Assembly: GCA_963727525.1 (NCBI GenBank)
Contig: CAVSGO010000007.1
Location: forward strand, 2,048,001-2,112,000
Source: an uncultured bacterium
GTDB lineage: Bacteria; Krumholzibacteriota; Krumholzibacteriia; LZORAL124-64-63
DNA: 64,000 bases
Reading direction: 5' to 3'
The notes beneath the pieces are model-generated. The model was not told the origin of the DNA, did no database searches, and was given only the letters and a program-made list of their open reading frames with translations. Below, piece after piece: positions 30,775 to 45,378 of this stretch. Each line of letters starts with the position of its first letter. Within the stretch, counting starts at the first letter, position 1. Both the position numbers and the translations under genes were made by a program.

Positions 30775-31707
30775 TCAGCGGCTCTGCTTCAGGAAGCGGT
30801 AGAATTCCGAGTCTGTGGACAGGACGAGCTGGGTCGAGCTGTCCACAGCGGCCGGGTAGCTCTCCATCGTCTTGATGAACTCGTAGAACTCACGAGTCTG
30901 CGCCGACCGATCATACGCCGCGGCGTAGATGCGCGCCGCCGTCGCATCGGCCTTGCCCTTGATCTCCTCGGCCTGGCGGTAGGCCCCCGACTGGATGCGC
31001 AGCAGCTCGCGCTCCTTCTCGCCGCGGATGCGGCTCGCTTCGCCCTCGCCCTCGCTGCGGAAGCGATCGGCGATACGCCGGCGCTCGGCGATCATGCGCT
31101 CGTACACCTTCTGCGACACGTCCTCCACGTAGTTGATGCGCTTGAACTGCACGTCGAGGATCTCGATGCCCAGGTCGCTGGTGCGCGTCTGCGCGTTGGC
31201 CAGGATCTCCTTGCGAATATCGTCGCGCCCGGTGGTGATGGGTTCGAGTACCTTCTCGTCGTCTTCCTCGGCCTCGGTATGCACGGGTTCGCGATTCGTG
31301 CTGCGCACCACCTCCACCAGGTCGTACTTGGCGATGGCGTTGCGCGTCTCGCCGTCGAGGATGTCGTCGAGCCGCGTCTGGGCGCCGCGCTCGTCGTGCA
31401 GACGCTGGAAGTAGAGCAGCGGGTCGGTGATGCGCCAGCGCGCGTAGGTGTTGACCCAGATGAAGCGCTTGTCCTTGGTCGGCAACTGGTTCGCCTCGCC
31501 GTCCCACTCGAGGAATCGCTTCTCGAAGCGATTCACCTTCTGGATGAGCGGCTTCTTCAGCTTGAGCCCCGGCGTGTCGATCATACCCCCGACCGGTCTG
31601 CCGAACTGGGTGACGATGACCTGCTCGTACTCCTGCACCACGTAGAAGGAACCGGTCAGCACCAGCAAGACGATGAATACGCCGATGACGATCGCGATGT
31701 TCCTCAT
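30775..31707 (-). CDS. hflC: FtsH protease modulator HflC
   Basis: VTQFGRP..PGL, PTKDKRFI, WRITDPL, VYERMIAERRRIA..RSEGEGEA. Confidence 0.95.
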   Translation of the reverse strand: MRNIAIVIGVFIVLLVLTGSFYVVQEYEQVIVTQFGRPVGGMIDTPGLKLKKPLIQKVNRFEKRFLEWDGEANQLPTKDKRFIWVNTYARWRITDPLLYFQRLHDERGAQTRLDDILDGETRNAIAKYDLVEVVRSTNREPVHTEAEEDDEKVLEPITTGRDDIRKEILANAQTRTSDLGIEILDVQFKRINYVEDVSQKVYERMIAERRRIADRFRSEGEGEASRIRGEKERELLRIQSGAYRQAEEIKGKADATAARIYAAAYDRSAQTREFYEFIKTMESYPAAVDSSTQLVLSTDSEFYRFLKQSR

Positions 31708-32708
31708 CGTCCACCTCCCTGCTGCGCGGTCCCCCGGTCGAGATTGAGAAGCGGCAGGACGCTGCGTAGCTGCCCATCGACGATCACCTTGTGCTTCACC
31801 TGTGGCAGGACCTTGGCCATGGTCTCCAGGTAGATGCGGCGGCGTGTCACGTCGGGCGCCTGCTCGTAGGCGGCGAAGACCTGGGCGAAGCGCGCCGAAT
31901 CGCCGCGCGCCTCGTTCACGCGCTCCAGGGCGTAACCCTCCGACTCCTGGATCGTCTGCTGCGCCTCGCCCGTGGCGCGCGGGATCACCTTGTTGTAGTC
32001 GCTCTGCGCCTGGTTGATCAGCTTCTCCTTCTCCTGCTGCGCCTCGTTCACCTCGTTGAACGACGGCTTCACCGGGTCGGGCGGATTGACGTTCTGCAGC
32101 ACCACCTGATCCACCTTCACGCCGATCTCGTAATTGTCGCACAGGTCCTGCAGGCCGAGTTGCACCTGGTTGGCCACTTCGGCGCGGCCCACCGTGAGCA
32201 CCTCGTTCACCGTGCGATCACCGACGACGCGCCGCATGACCGCCTCGCTCATCGAGCGGAACGTGTCACCCGGATTGCGCACCTGGAAGAGGTACATGTA
32301 GGGGTCGACCACACGGAACTGCACCACCCACTCCACCACGGCGGCGTTGAGATCGCCGGTGAGCATGTTCGATTCCTCGTCGTAGCGGCGCGAGGAGTAC
32401 TGCGTTTGCACGCCGGCTCGCACCGTGCGGAAGCCGAACTCCTCCTTCCACTGTCGCTGCACCGACACCTTCTTCACGCTCTCGATGCCGAAGGGCAGCT
32501 TGAAGTGCAAACCCGGCTCGGCGGTGCGCACGTACTTGCCGAAGCGTAGCACCAGCGCCACCTCCTCCGGCTCCACCTGGTAGAAGCTCGTGAAGATCAC
32601 CACCAGGATCAGGGCCAGCGGCGCGACGATGCGCAGCATGTTCGGGTTCAGGTGGGGGATCCGGATCTCCGGCCTCGGGATGTCGCCGAAATCATGTTGG
32701 TCAGCCAT
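31704..32708 (-). CDS. hflK: FtsH protease modulator HflK
   Basis: [49 protein letters not shown]. Confidence 0.95.
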   Translation of the reverse strand: MADQHDFGDIPRPEIRIPHLNPNMLRIVAPLALILVVIFTSFYQVEPEEVALVLRFGKYVRTAEPGLHFKLPFGIESVKKVSVQRQWKEEFGFRTVRAGVQTQYSSRRYDEESNMLTGDLNAAVVEWVVQFRVVDPYMYLFQVRNPGDTFRSMSEAVMRRVVGDRTVNEVLTVGRAEVANQVQLGLQDLCDNYEIGVKVDQVVLQNVNPPDPVKPSFNEVNEAQQEKEKLINQAQSDYNKVIPRATGEAQQTIQESEGYALERVNEARGDSARFAQVFAAYEQAPDVTRRRIYLETMAKVLPQVKHKVIVDGQLRSVLPLLNLDRGTAQQGGGR

Positions 32709-32875
32709 CGGTATCTCCTCGTGGGATCGGTGTCCGGGTGGAACGTAGCCCGTCGCCCCCGTCGCCGAAACCACCAAGTCGTTTGAAACTGGCGGTTCGT
32801 TTTCGTCGGCCTATCATGGGACCGTTCGTTAACCCTGTAAACCCCGGGATATTCGCCCGCAACGAGGAGGCGCGC

Positions 32876-33460
32876 ATGGAGCACAAGTTGCCCGACCTGC
32901 CGTACGCCCACGATGCCCTGGAACCACACATCAGCCGCGAGACGCTGGAATACCACCACGACAAGCACCACGCGGCCTACGTCAAGAATCTGAACAACCT
33001 CATCAAGGGTACCGAGTTCGCCGAGCTGCCGCTGGAAGCGATCATCACGCGGGCGCCAGCGGGCGGCATCTTCAACAACGCCGCCCAGGTCTTCAACCAC
33101 ACATTCTACTTCGCCGGCCTCGAGCCCGGCGGCGGCGACGAGCCCAAGGGCGCCGTGAAGACTGCGATCGAGGCGAAGTGGGGCGATGTCGGCACCTTCC
33201 GCGAGGTGTTCACGAAGTGCGCGGTCGGCACCTTCGGCAGCGGCTGGGCATGGCTGGTGAAGAAAGCCGACGGCACGCTCGACCTGGTCTCGACAAGCAA
33301 CGCCGGCACCCCGCTCTCCGCGGGTGACAAGCCGCTGCTCTGCTGCGACGTGTGGGAGCACGCGTACTACGTCGACACGCGCAACGCCCGGCCGAAGTAC
33401 CTGGAGAACTGGTGGCGCGTGGTGAACTGGAGCTTCGTGGAGAAGAACTTCACGAGCTAG
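32876..33460 (+). CDS. sodB: Fe superoxide dismutase
   Basis: [16 protein letters not shown] (Fe-type AAQ), [26 protein letters not shown]. Confidence 0.95.
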   Translation: MEHKLPDLPYAHDALEPHISRETLEYHHDKHHAAYVKNLNNLIKGTEFAELPLEAIITRAPAGGIFNNAAQVFNHTFYFAGLEPGGGDEPKGAVKTAIEAKWGDVGTFREVFTKCAVGTFGSGWAWLVKKADGTLDLVSTSNAGTPLSAGDKPLLCCDVWEHAYYVDTRNARPKYLENWWRVVNWSFVEKNFTS

Positions 33461-34214
33461 CGCGCGCCAGGCGGTCGAGCGCCGCCGCCGCCAGCGCCAG
33501 TCCGAATATGCCCGGCAGGCTCATGTTGCTGGGTTGACGCTTGCGCACCCGGCCGCGCCGCAGCGCCGGACCCTCCCCGCCGAGGTCCGGCTCCAGCGGC
33601 GCCGCCGGCACCTCCAGCGAGTACACGCAGGTCACCCCGCCCGTCACTCCTCGCCGCTTCAGACGTACGCGCACCGCCCTCGCCAGCGGACACACGCTCG
33701 TGTCGGCGATGTCGGCCACGCGCACCTGGCCGGGGTCGCGCTTGGCGGCCGCACCCATGCTGCTGATCACGTGGTATCCTTGTGCCACACCGTACAGGAT
33801 CAGCCCCACCTTGGGATTGAGCGCGTCGATGGCGTCCACGAGCACGGGATGGTTCTCGCGCAGGCTCACGGGCAGCAGGGCATCGCGCGTGTCGTCGGCC
33901 ACGAAGGCGGATTCGGCGATCACGCTCGTATCCGGGCACACCGAACGCACCCAGTCCCCATAGACGTCGGCCTTCAGGCGCCCCACGTCAGCCGGCGTCA
34001 CCTCCGGCAACCGGTTCAACGACGACATGGTGACGCGGTCGAAGTCCACGAGTCGCAGCCGCCCGATCCCGCTGCGCGCCAGGCACACCGCGCAATGCGC
34101 CCCCACACCTCCCAGCCCCACCACGATGGCGCCCCCGGCGCGGATGCGCGCGAACCCGTCCTCACCATAGAGGTCGACGGTACGGGTGAAACGTTCGGGA
34201 AACGGGTGGCCCAT
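33450..34214 (-). CDS. tcdA: tRNA threonylcarbamoyladenosine dehydratase (ThiF family)
   Basis: [39 protein letters not shown]. Confidence 0.85.
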   Translation of the reverse strand: MGHPFPERFTRTVDLYGEDGFARIRAGGAIVVGLGGVGAHCAVCLARSGIGRLRLVDFDRVTMSSLNRLPEVTPADVGRLKADVYGDWVRSVCPDTSVIAESAFVADDTRDALLPVSLRENHPVLVDAIDALNPKVGLILYGVAQGYHVISSMGAAAKRDPGQVRVADIADTSVCPLARAVRVRLKRRGVTGGVTCVYSLEVPAAPLEPDLGGEGPALRRGRVRKRQPSNMSLPGIFGLALAAAALDRLARASS

Positions 34215-34222
34215 GGAGTCCC

Positions 34223-34975
34223 TCAGATACGAAAAAGGTCCCGCGCATTCGCCGTGGTTCGTTCGGCGACGGCGGCGACGTCGACCTGTAGCACCTCCGC
34301 CAGACCCGCCGCGATGTCGCGCACATGGTGCGGCTCGGTGGCCGCCGCCGCCACGCCGTGCAGGCCGATGGACGGAGCGTCGGTCTCGAGCACGAGTCTG
34401 TCCAGCCCCACGACCGCAACGGCGCGGTGCAAGCGCTTTCCCTGCGGCCGCGTGACCGCGCCTCCGATGCCCAGGAAGAGACCCAACCCGACGAAACGCT
34501 TCGCAAGTTCTGGCCCTCGGCTGAATGCATGCAGGACGCCGCGCACCGGCGGCATGCGCCCGGCCAGCAGTGACGCCAACTCCTCGAAGGCCCCCCGACA
34601 GTGCAGCACGACCGGCAGATCGAGTTCGCGCGCCAGGTCGAGCTGCCGCTCGAGCACCGCGATCTGCACCTCCAGCCCCGGCCCCTCGATCTTCGTATCG
34701 AGCCCGATCTCCCCCACGGCCACGGCACCGACGGCCGCGAGCCGGCCCGCGAGGTCGACCGGATCCAGCGGCTGATCCGCCACCCACGGGTGCAACCCCA
34801 GCGCCGCGTGCACCCCGCCGTACCCCGCCGCGATCCGCGCCACCGCCTCCCACGACGCGGCATCGTAGCCCTGTGCCACCACGTCGCACACCCCGGCCTC
34901 GGCCGCGCGCGCCAGCACGCCGGCCACGTCGTCGGACAGCGGCGGGGAATCGAGGTGGCAGTGGGTGTCGATCAT
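34223..34975 (-). CDS. TatD family hydrolase
   Basis: IDTHCHL, GLHPW, VGEIGLD, LHCR, LHAFS, LETDAP. Confidence 0.93.
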   Translation of the reverse strand: MIDTHCHLDSPPLSDDVAGVLARAAEAGVCDVVAQGYDAASWEAVARIAAGYGGVHAALGLHPWVADQPLDPVDLAGRLAAVGAVAVGEIGLDTKIEGPGLEVQIAVLERQLDLARELDLPVVLHCRGAFEELASLLAGRMPPVRGVLHAFSRGPELAKRFVGLGLFLGIGGAVTRPQGKRLHRAVAVVGLDRLVLETDAPSIGLHGVAAAATEPHHVRDIAAGLAEVLQVDVAAVAERTTANARDLFRI

Positions 34976-35099
34976 ATGCACGGCCGACTCCCTGTGTCCT
35001 GGGCCCGCGTACGATGATCGCTCAGAAACGCGGGTCGAGCCAGCCCAGCGATCGGTCGCCATCATGGCGGCCACGCACCAGCTCCTAGCCGCGGACGCG

Positions 35100-35330
35100 T
35101 TCATCGGGATGGCGCAGTACCAGGAGACGATCCAGACGGCTTTCCGCGACGTCCTCGCGCACGATCTACTCGCTTGCGCAGCGACGCGACATTGAGGGCG
35201 TCGATAGTGACCTCAGCGTGCTGGATGCGCAGACACACTCTTCGACGCCCGGCAGGGGCTGGTGGATGACCGCCTCGCGCAGTTCGTGAGACAGGGTGCA
35301 GCTCTTCGCGGTGCCGGGTGGTGGGAGCGA
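35100..35330 (+). pseudogene. Decayed C-terminal fragment of a NodT/OprM-family efflux outer membrane lipoprotein
   Basis: Read across shifting frames: AQYQETIQTAFRDV / LAQRRDIEGVDSDLSVLDAQ / LFDARQGLVDDRLAQF / VQLFAVPGGG. Confidence 0.7.
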
Positions 35331-35359
35331 TCTCGTGCGCCAGCCCTAGCAAGCCGCCC

Positions 35360-35447
35360 CGACGCGAAGACCGGCGGTCTCATCGGAGACCGCCGGTCGC
35401 GTCGCGCAAGAGAGAGATGTCGGTCCGGGCCAACTCGGCCCGGACCG
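35360..35447. terminator. Two tandem perfect hairpins downstream of the CHRD gene
   Basis: GACCGGCGGTCTC-ATCG-GAGACCGCCGGTC (35369-35398) and CGGTCCGGGCC-AACTC-GGCCCGGACCG (35421-35447). Confidence 0.65.
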
Positions 35448-35455
35448 CTACGTGG

Positions 35456-35944
35456 CTACTGGAACAGGGTCTTGACGCTTCCCCAGGAGGTCGGCTCGGT
35501 AGGGACGACCACGAAGGTGAAGTTGCCGCGGATGCAGCCGTCGGGGTAGTTCTCCTCGGCGACCTGGATGGCCAGCGCGGCGTTGTCGAGGGCGTCATGC
35601 ATCTCGGGGGTGATCGCGAACGTCCCCGCGAGCGGTGACCCCAGCGGCAGCGTCATCAGGGAAGGCCCCGTCTCGCCTGCCGCCGCGTGGAACAGGACCG
35701 CGCCCGTCTCGGGGCTTTCGAGACCAGCGAAGTTCAGTGTATACGCGGCCTGCGACCAGTCGTCCGCGACCACGAGCGTCGCCATGCCGTAGGCATCGGC
35801 CGCGCTGGCAGGCACGACGTAGTCGGGCAGCATCGTCGCCTGGAACACGATCTCCGCCTGTGCCGGCGTCGATGTCCCGAGCACGGCAATCAGGGCGAGG
35901 AACAGAATCGATGCACTCGTCAATCTCATGGTTGTCATGGCCAA
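35456..35944 (-). CDS. Secreted CHRD-domain protein with C-terminal SWGxVKxLF tail
   Basis: Signal peptide ending AQA; VVPASAADAYGMATL, FHAAAGETGP, NYPDGCIRGN (CHRD-like); ends VPTEPTSWGSVKTLFQ; start may be 35938. Confidence 0.75.
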   Translation of the reverse strand: MAMTTMRLTSASILFLALIAVLGTSTPAQAEIVFQATMLPDYVVPASAADAYGMATLVVADDWSQAAYTLNFAGLESPETGAVLFHAAAGETGPSLMTLPLGSPLAGTFAITPEMHDALDNAALAIQVAEENYPDGCIRGNFTFVVVPTEPTSWGSVKTLFQ

Positions 35945-35988
35945 TCCTCCACCCCAGGTTGGGGTCGTTTGCGGTTCTGAGTCGCCTG

Positions 35989-36017
35989 ATTATACGGGAG
36001 ATCACTTGATACGTCCA
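35989..36017 (-). promoter_or_regulatory. Sigma70-like promoter of the CHRD gene
   Basis: Minus strand TGGACG-N17-TATAAT. Confidence 0.55.
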
Positions 36018-36139
36018 CGTAAAACTTACGATAAGCTAAAATTTACACAATTTCACCAGCCAAAGGACCAATAATGCAAAGCAATGGAGACAATATCGCC
36101 AAATTAGAGCCTATTAAGACAATTTTATTCCAATATACA

Positions 36140-36680
36140 CCCTCTGTCGCCCCCGTCGTCATCATCGGGGACCGACAGGACGTCCGTGGACGCCGAGCAG
36201 GTCCCATGCCGGCACACGAAGGCGATCGCATCTGTGCCGCAGCAGCATCCTGAAGGAAGCCACAATCGCCAGCAAGTCGCGAATGCCCTTCTGCACCGCC
36301 TTGGGGTCTGGACGGCCGAACTGCTCTTCGGGTTCCTGGCGACGACGCTTCTGGTCGATGGCACCGCAGGTCTTGGCCATGAGTTGCGGAAGGATGTCGG
36401 GTCGCTTGAGCCAGTAATCCGGGGAGAAGGTCTGTGAACTGAAGGAGACGCGCCAGTGTAGGCAGAGAAACCTGGGGATACGTTGGGGATGGGCCTGGCG
36501 GGTGAAGAAGCCGATGCGTTTGAAACGCCAGCCTGGCTGGAGCTCACTGTGGAACAGGCAGTTATGGTTGGGGCAGAAGGGAGGCCGCCAGGTGGGTTGG
36601 TGGGATTCGGTGCACGCCATGGCTCCCGGCCAGGGCAAGCCGGTGGCCGGACACATTTTCGACGGCACAACCAAACCTTT
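36140..36680 (-). mobile_element. Internally deleted IS remnant (IS1-like zinc-ribbon transposase)
   Basis: ORF from 36620: PPFCPNHNC..WRFKRIGFF..RFLCLHW..SFSSQTF..YWLKRP joined to QKRRRQE..FGRPDPK; no DDE core; hairpin at 36143-36178. Confidence 0.6.
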
Positions 36681-36788
36681 TCTTGCGAATCGTTACCAAT
36701 CGCTTATCCATATGCTACTTTCGAGGTCTGAAATCCACCACGCCCGCGCCCGACGGCGACGCGCGGCGTGCCGGGAGGGTAGAGAATA

Positions 36789-37112
36789 ATGATCAATCTG
36801 TCGCATTCCGCGGTTGCCGAGATCCGGAAGATGATGCAGGATCGTGGCCTCGCCGAAGCGGTGGTGCGTTTCGGAGTGGAGTCGGGCGGATGTTCCGGTA
36901 TGCAGTACAGCATGGACTTCGACGATCAGGTCCACGGTGATGATGAGGTCTTCACCCAGGATAACCTGAAGATCGTCTGCGACCGGAACTCGCTGACCTA
37001 CCTCGACGGCCTGAAGGTGGACTTTTCTACCAAGCTGATGGGTGGCGGGTTCAAGTTCGAGAACCCCAACGCCAGTCGCAGCTGTGGTTGCGGAACCTCC
37101 TTCCGCGTCTAG
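36789..37112 (+). CDS. iscA: Fe-S cluster assembly A-type carrier (HesB/IscA)
   Basis: GGCSGMQY, GGFKFENPNASRSCGCGTSF. Confidence 0.93.
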   Translation: MINLSHSAVAEIRKMMQDRGLAEAVVRFGVESGGCSGMQYSMDFDDQVHGDDEVFTQDNLKIVCDRNSLTYLDGLKVDFSTKLMGGGFKFENPNASRSCGCGTSFRV

Positions 37113-37253
37113 AACCGCACCAGCCTGTCGCGGGAACCCCGGTGAGGGGTTGCAATGGCGAGCATGAACGAGCGGTCTTGATCCGACCGCCTGGCCAGCC
37201 TCGGTGCGCCCGGGGCGCTCACGTCGGACCTGGCAGCAATAGGGGAGCGTTCC

Positions 37254-37979
37254 TTGGCGAGCGACGACCGCGAGAACCGTACGGGCCGCCCCGCAGACGA
37301 CGGCGCCCATCAGGACCCTGATTCCCGCCATCACCGCTTACTCTTTCCTCGCTGGACCAACGCCATGGGTCCAGCCATGGGCATCCTCGGCGTCGGTGGC
37401 CTGATCTACCTCACGGTGATCATCACTATGGTTTTCAACCCCAAGACGTCCGCCATCGGCTACGCGCCGGAGCAGCCGGTGCCCTACAGCCATGCGCTGC
37501 ATGTCGGCACATTGGGTCTGGACTGCCGCTACTGCCACACGACGGTGGAGAAGGCGGCCTACGCGGCCCTGCCCTCGGCCGAGATCTGCATGAATTGCCA
37601 CAAATCGATATGGTCGGAGAGCCCCAAGCTCTTGCCCATCCGCGAGGCGTACGCCACCGGCAAGCCCGTGCGCTGGGTCAAGATCCATGACTTGCCCGAT
37701 TTCGCCTACTTCGACCACAGCGCGCACGTGAATGCCGGTGTGGGGTGCGTCACCTGTCATGGCCGCATCGACAAGATGGAGGTCGTGTCGCAGCAGAAGA
37801 AGCTCACGATGAGCTGGTGCGTCGCATGCCATCGCAACCCCGACCCCAACCTGCGTCCGCGCGAGTTCGTGACGTCGATGGAGTGGGTGCCCGATAAGGA
37901 TCCCTCCGTCCTGGGCAGCGAGCTGCGCAAGAAGCACAACATCAACCCGTCCACCGATTGCTCCACGTGCCACCGTTAG
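37254..37979 (+). CDS. actA: Alternative complex III pentaheme cytochrome c subunit
   Basis: One TM; PEQPVPYSHALH; five CxxCH (CRYCH, CMNCH, CVTCH, CVACH, CSTCH). Confidence 0.93.
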   Translation: MASDDRENRTGRPADDGAHQDPDSRHHRLLFPRWTNAMGPAMGILGVGGLIYLTVIITMVFNPKTSAIGYAPEQPVPYSHALHVGTLGLDCRYCHTTVEKAAYAALPSAEICMNCHKSIWSESPKLLPIREAYATGKPVRWVKIHDLPDFAYFDHSAHVNAGVGCVTCHGRIDKMEVVSQQKKLTMSWCVACHRNPDPNLRPREFVTSMEWVPDKDPSVLGSELRKKHNINPSTDCSTCHR

Positions 37980-38005
37980 GCGCGAGCGCTGGGAAGGATT
38001 GCCGC

Positions 38006-41119
<3,114 letters not shown>

Positions 41120-41133
41120 ACGGAGCCTGACGC

Positions 41134-42605
<1,472 letters not shown>

Positions 42606-42609
<4 letters not shown>

Positions 42610-43160
42610 GCGCACCGGCCGATCGGTTCTATGGCTTGATGACGGAATTCGAGGATCCGCGCGAATTCGTCGTCGCCTGCACCAAGGTGCGTGACTCGGG
42701 CTTTCTCCACTGGGACGCCCACACGCCCTTCCCCGTGCACGGCATGGACGAGGCCATGGGCATCCGCGGCACCAGGTTGCCATTCATCATCCTCGGCGGT
42801 GGTTTGACGGGTATGGGACTGTCGTTGCTCATGATCTGGTGGATGAACGGGGTGAACTACCCCTTCGTCATCAGCGGCAAACCGCTCTTCGGCTTGCCCG
42901 CGGCCATTCCCATCACCTTCGAGTTGACGGTCTTGCTGAGCGCCCTGTCCACCTTCTTCGGGATGTGGCTGAGCAACGGCCTACCACGTCTCTCGCACCC
43001 TCTGTTCAGTAGCGAGCGATTCCGGCGCGCCACGGCCGATCGGTTCTTCATAGTCATCGAGGCGCGCGATCCGCATTTCGATCGCGGGAAGACGCGCGAG
43101 TTCCTGGCCTCCCTCGGCGGCACCGTCGTGGAGGAGATCCACGACCTGGCGGAGGATTGA
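42606..43160 (+). CDS. actD: Alternative complex III subunit D (DUF3341)
   Basis: [34 protein letters not shown] overlap with actC. Confidence 0.93.
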
Positions 43161-43163
43161 CGC

Positions 43164-43811
43164 ATGCCCCGTTCGCTCATCATCATCGGGCTCATCCTGG
43201 TCACGTTCACGCTCGTGCCCCTGGCCTGCATCGTGAAGGCACAGCACGATCCGGCCAAGCGCTTGCCGCGCTACCAGGTGGTCCCGGACATGGACACGCA
43301 GCCCAAGTTCAAGACGCAGGCGGAGAACCCCTTCTTCGCCGACGATCGCGCCATGCGGGAGCCGGTGGCCGGTACGGTGGCGCGGGAACACTTCTTCACC
43401 GATCAGCGCGAAGCCACGGGCAGGGAGCCGGACAGCACCTTCACCACCGTCTTCCCGCTGAAGGTCACCGATACCCTGCTTCGCCGCGGCCAGGAGCGCT
43501 TCGGCATCTACTGCACGCCATGCCATGGACTCGGTGGCGCTGGCGACGGCATGGTACACAAGCGCGCCGAGGCCTTGCAGCAAGGCACATGGACGCCGCC
43601 GGCCGATCTCGCCAGCGAGACCGTCGTGGCACGCCCCGTGGGCCACCTCTTCAACACGATCACCAACGGGATCCGCAACATGCCGGCGTATGGCCACCAG
43701 ATCCCGGTCGACGATCGCTGGGCCATCGTGGCGTACGTGCGTGCCCTCCAGCGCGCCCGCAACGCGACGTTGCAGGATGTACCCGAAGACAAGCGTAGCA
43801 ATCTGAGGTAA
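43164..43811 (+). CDS. actE: Alternative complex III monoheme cytochrome c subunit E
   Basis: DMDTQPK, GTVAR, CTPCH, NMPAY, DRWAIVAYVRALQ. Confidence 0.92.
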   Translation: MPRSLIIIGLILVTFTLVPLACIVKAQHDPAKRLPRYQVVPDMDTQPKFKTQAENPFFADDRAMREPVAGTVAREHFFTDQREATGREPDSTFTTVFPLKVTDTLLRRGQERFGIYCTPCHGLGGAGDGMVHKRAEALQQGTWTPPADLASETVVARPVGHLFNTITNGIRNMPAYGHQIPVDDRWAIVAYVRALQRARNATLQDVPEDKRSNLR

Positions 43812-43816
43812 TCGCA

Positions 43817-45031
43817 ATGCAACATTCCGATTCTCCCCGTCTCAGCGACACGAAGATCGAGATGGGTTCGCTCGGACGGCGGGTGACGACCGTCGCCGGT
43901 GGCGTGGGCGTGCTCGCCCTGGCCGTGGCTGTCCTGCTCGGAATGCGCGAAAACGATCACCTGCGGCATTTTTCGTTCAGCTACCTGGTGAACTACGCTT
44001 ACTTCCTGAGCATCTCGCTCGGCGCCCTGGTCTTTCTGCCGATCCAGCACGTGACGCGCTCGAGCTGGTCGGTCGTGATCCGGCGTCTCGCGGAGGTCGC
44101 GGCGGCCGCCTTGCCGCTGATGGCGCTGCTGCTCGTGCCCATCCTGCTGAACCTGGGCCACATCTACTCCTGGGTGCACGGCGATCCGCAGTACCCGGCC
44201 GAGCTGCTGGCCAAGAAACGCGGCTTCCTGAATCCCACGTTCTTCGTCATCCGCTGGATCGTCTACTTCGGTCTGTGGACGTGGCTCGCCATGTTCTTCT
44301 GGCGCACCAGTCGCCGCCAGGACGCCACTCGCGACCACTGGCTCAGCCTGCGCATGATGAACCGCTCGGGTCCGGCCATCGTGATCTTCGCGCTGTCCTG
44401 TTCGCTCGCGAGCATCGATCTGCTGATGACGCTCGACTACGCCTGGTTCTCCACGATGTTCGGCGTCTACTACTGGGCTGGCGGGTTCGTGGCGTTCTTC
44501 GGCTTCCTCACGCTCGCCACCATGCTACTGCAGCGTAGCGGACGCATGGAACGGATCGTGTCGATGGAGCACTACCACGATTACGGCAAGCTGATGTTCG
44601 CCTTCACGTTCTTCTGGGCCTACATCGCCTTCAGCCAGTACATGCTCTACTGGTACGCCAACATCCCCGAGGAAACCGCGTGGTACCTGGCGCGGCAGAG
44701 CCACGGCTGGGCGCGGGTGGGTCTTGGTCTCGTGTTCGGTACGTGGATGATCCCCTTCGCCGGACTCATGTCGCGCTTCACGAAGCGCCACAAAGCGACG
44801 CTGGCCTTCTTCGCAGTCTGGATCGCCGCGGCGCAGTGGATGAACGTGTACTGGGTGACGATGCCGGTGTTCAGCCCCGAGCGCGTGCCGTTCTCGCTCA
44901 TGGATCCCCTGTGCTTCCTCGGGATCGGCGGGCTCTGGCTCGCCACGGTGGCGTGGCTGGCGTCGCTCGATAAATTGGTGCCCGTGGGCGATCCGCGGCT
45001 GGTCGATTCCCTCGAGTTCGAGAACGCTTAG
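43817..45031 (+). CDS. actF: Alternative complex III membrane subunit F
   Basis: WSVVIRRLAE, WFSTMFG, HDYGKLMFAF..FWAYIAFSQY..WYANIPEE. Confidence 0.93.
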   Translation: MQHSDSPRLSDTKIEMGSLGRRVTTVAGGVGVLALAVAVLLGMRENDHLRHFSFSYLVNYAYFLSISLGALVFLPIQHVTRSSWSVVIRRLAEVAAAALPLMALLLVPILLNLGHIYSWVHGDPQYPAELLAKKRGFLNPTFFVIRWIVYFGLWTWLAMFFWRTSRRQDATRDHWLSLRMMNRSGPAIVIFALSCSLASIDLLMTLDYAWFSTMFGVYYWAGGFVAFFGFLTLATMLLQRSGRMERIVSMEHYHDYGKLMFAFTFFWAYIAFSQYMLYWYANIPEETAWYLARQSHGWARVGLGLVFGTWMIPFAGLMSRFTKRHKATLAFFAVWIAAAQWMNVYWVTMPVFSPERVPFSLMDPLCFLGIGGLWLATVAWLASLDKLVPVGDPRLVDSLEFENA

Positions 45032-45037
45032 GAGACG

Positions 45038-45331
45038 GTGGTCATGCCTGCTGCGCGCGAAAACCTGGACACGCCGATGATCGTGACGATCGGCGCCCTC
45101 CTGGTTATTCTCACGTTCGTGCTCATCTTGTTGCTGCAAGCCTGGTTCTTCCAGGCTCAGGGCCAGGAGTACAGCCGCAAGGTCGTCAATCAGCGCAACG
45201 AGGACCTGGCCACCCTGCAGGCCGCCCAGGCGGAGGCTCTGCACAGCTACCGCTGGATCGACAAGGACAAGGGCGTGGTGAGTATCCCGATCGACCGCGC
45301 CATGGACGCCATCGTTCGCGAAGGCCTCTGA
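45038..45331 (+). CDS. Small single-TM ACIII-associated subunit (ActG-like)
   Basis: LHSYRWIDKDKGVVSIPIDRAM; lies between actF and SCO. Confidence 0.75.
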   Translation: MVMPAARENLDTPMIVTIGALLVILTFVLILLLQAWFFQAQGQEYSRKVVNQRNEDLATLQAAQAEALHSYRWIDKDKGVVSIPIDRAMDAIVREGL

Positions 45332-45378
45332 CCCGACCCGCCGCCGCGCCGGGCCTTCGCGGGAAGGATCCGATTCCC

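Noticed and set aside
33450-33460. 11-nt convergent overlap of sodB and tcdA
   Set aside because: Common in compact genomes; no evidence of a regulatory role
35360-35447. CRISPR or REP array
   Set aside because: Two unrelated hairpins with no repeated unit or spacers and no cas genes
36043-36253. Small ORFs in the AT-rich patch (minus 36043-36231; plus 36074-36253)
   Set aside because: Both run across the IS junction and show no recognisable homology; neither can be supported
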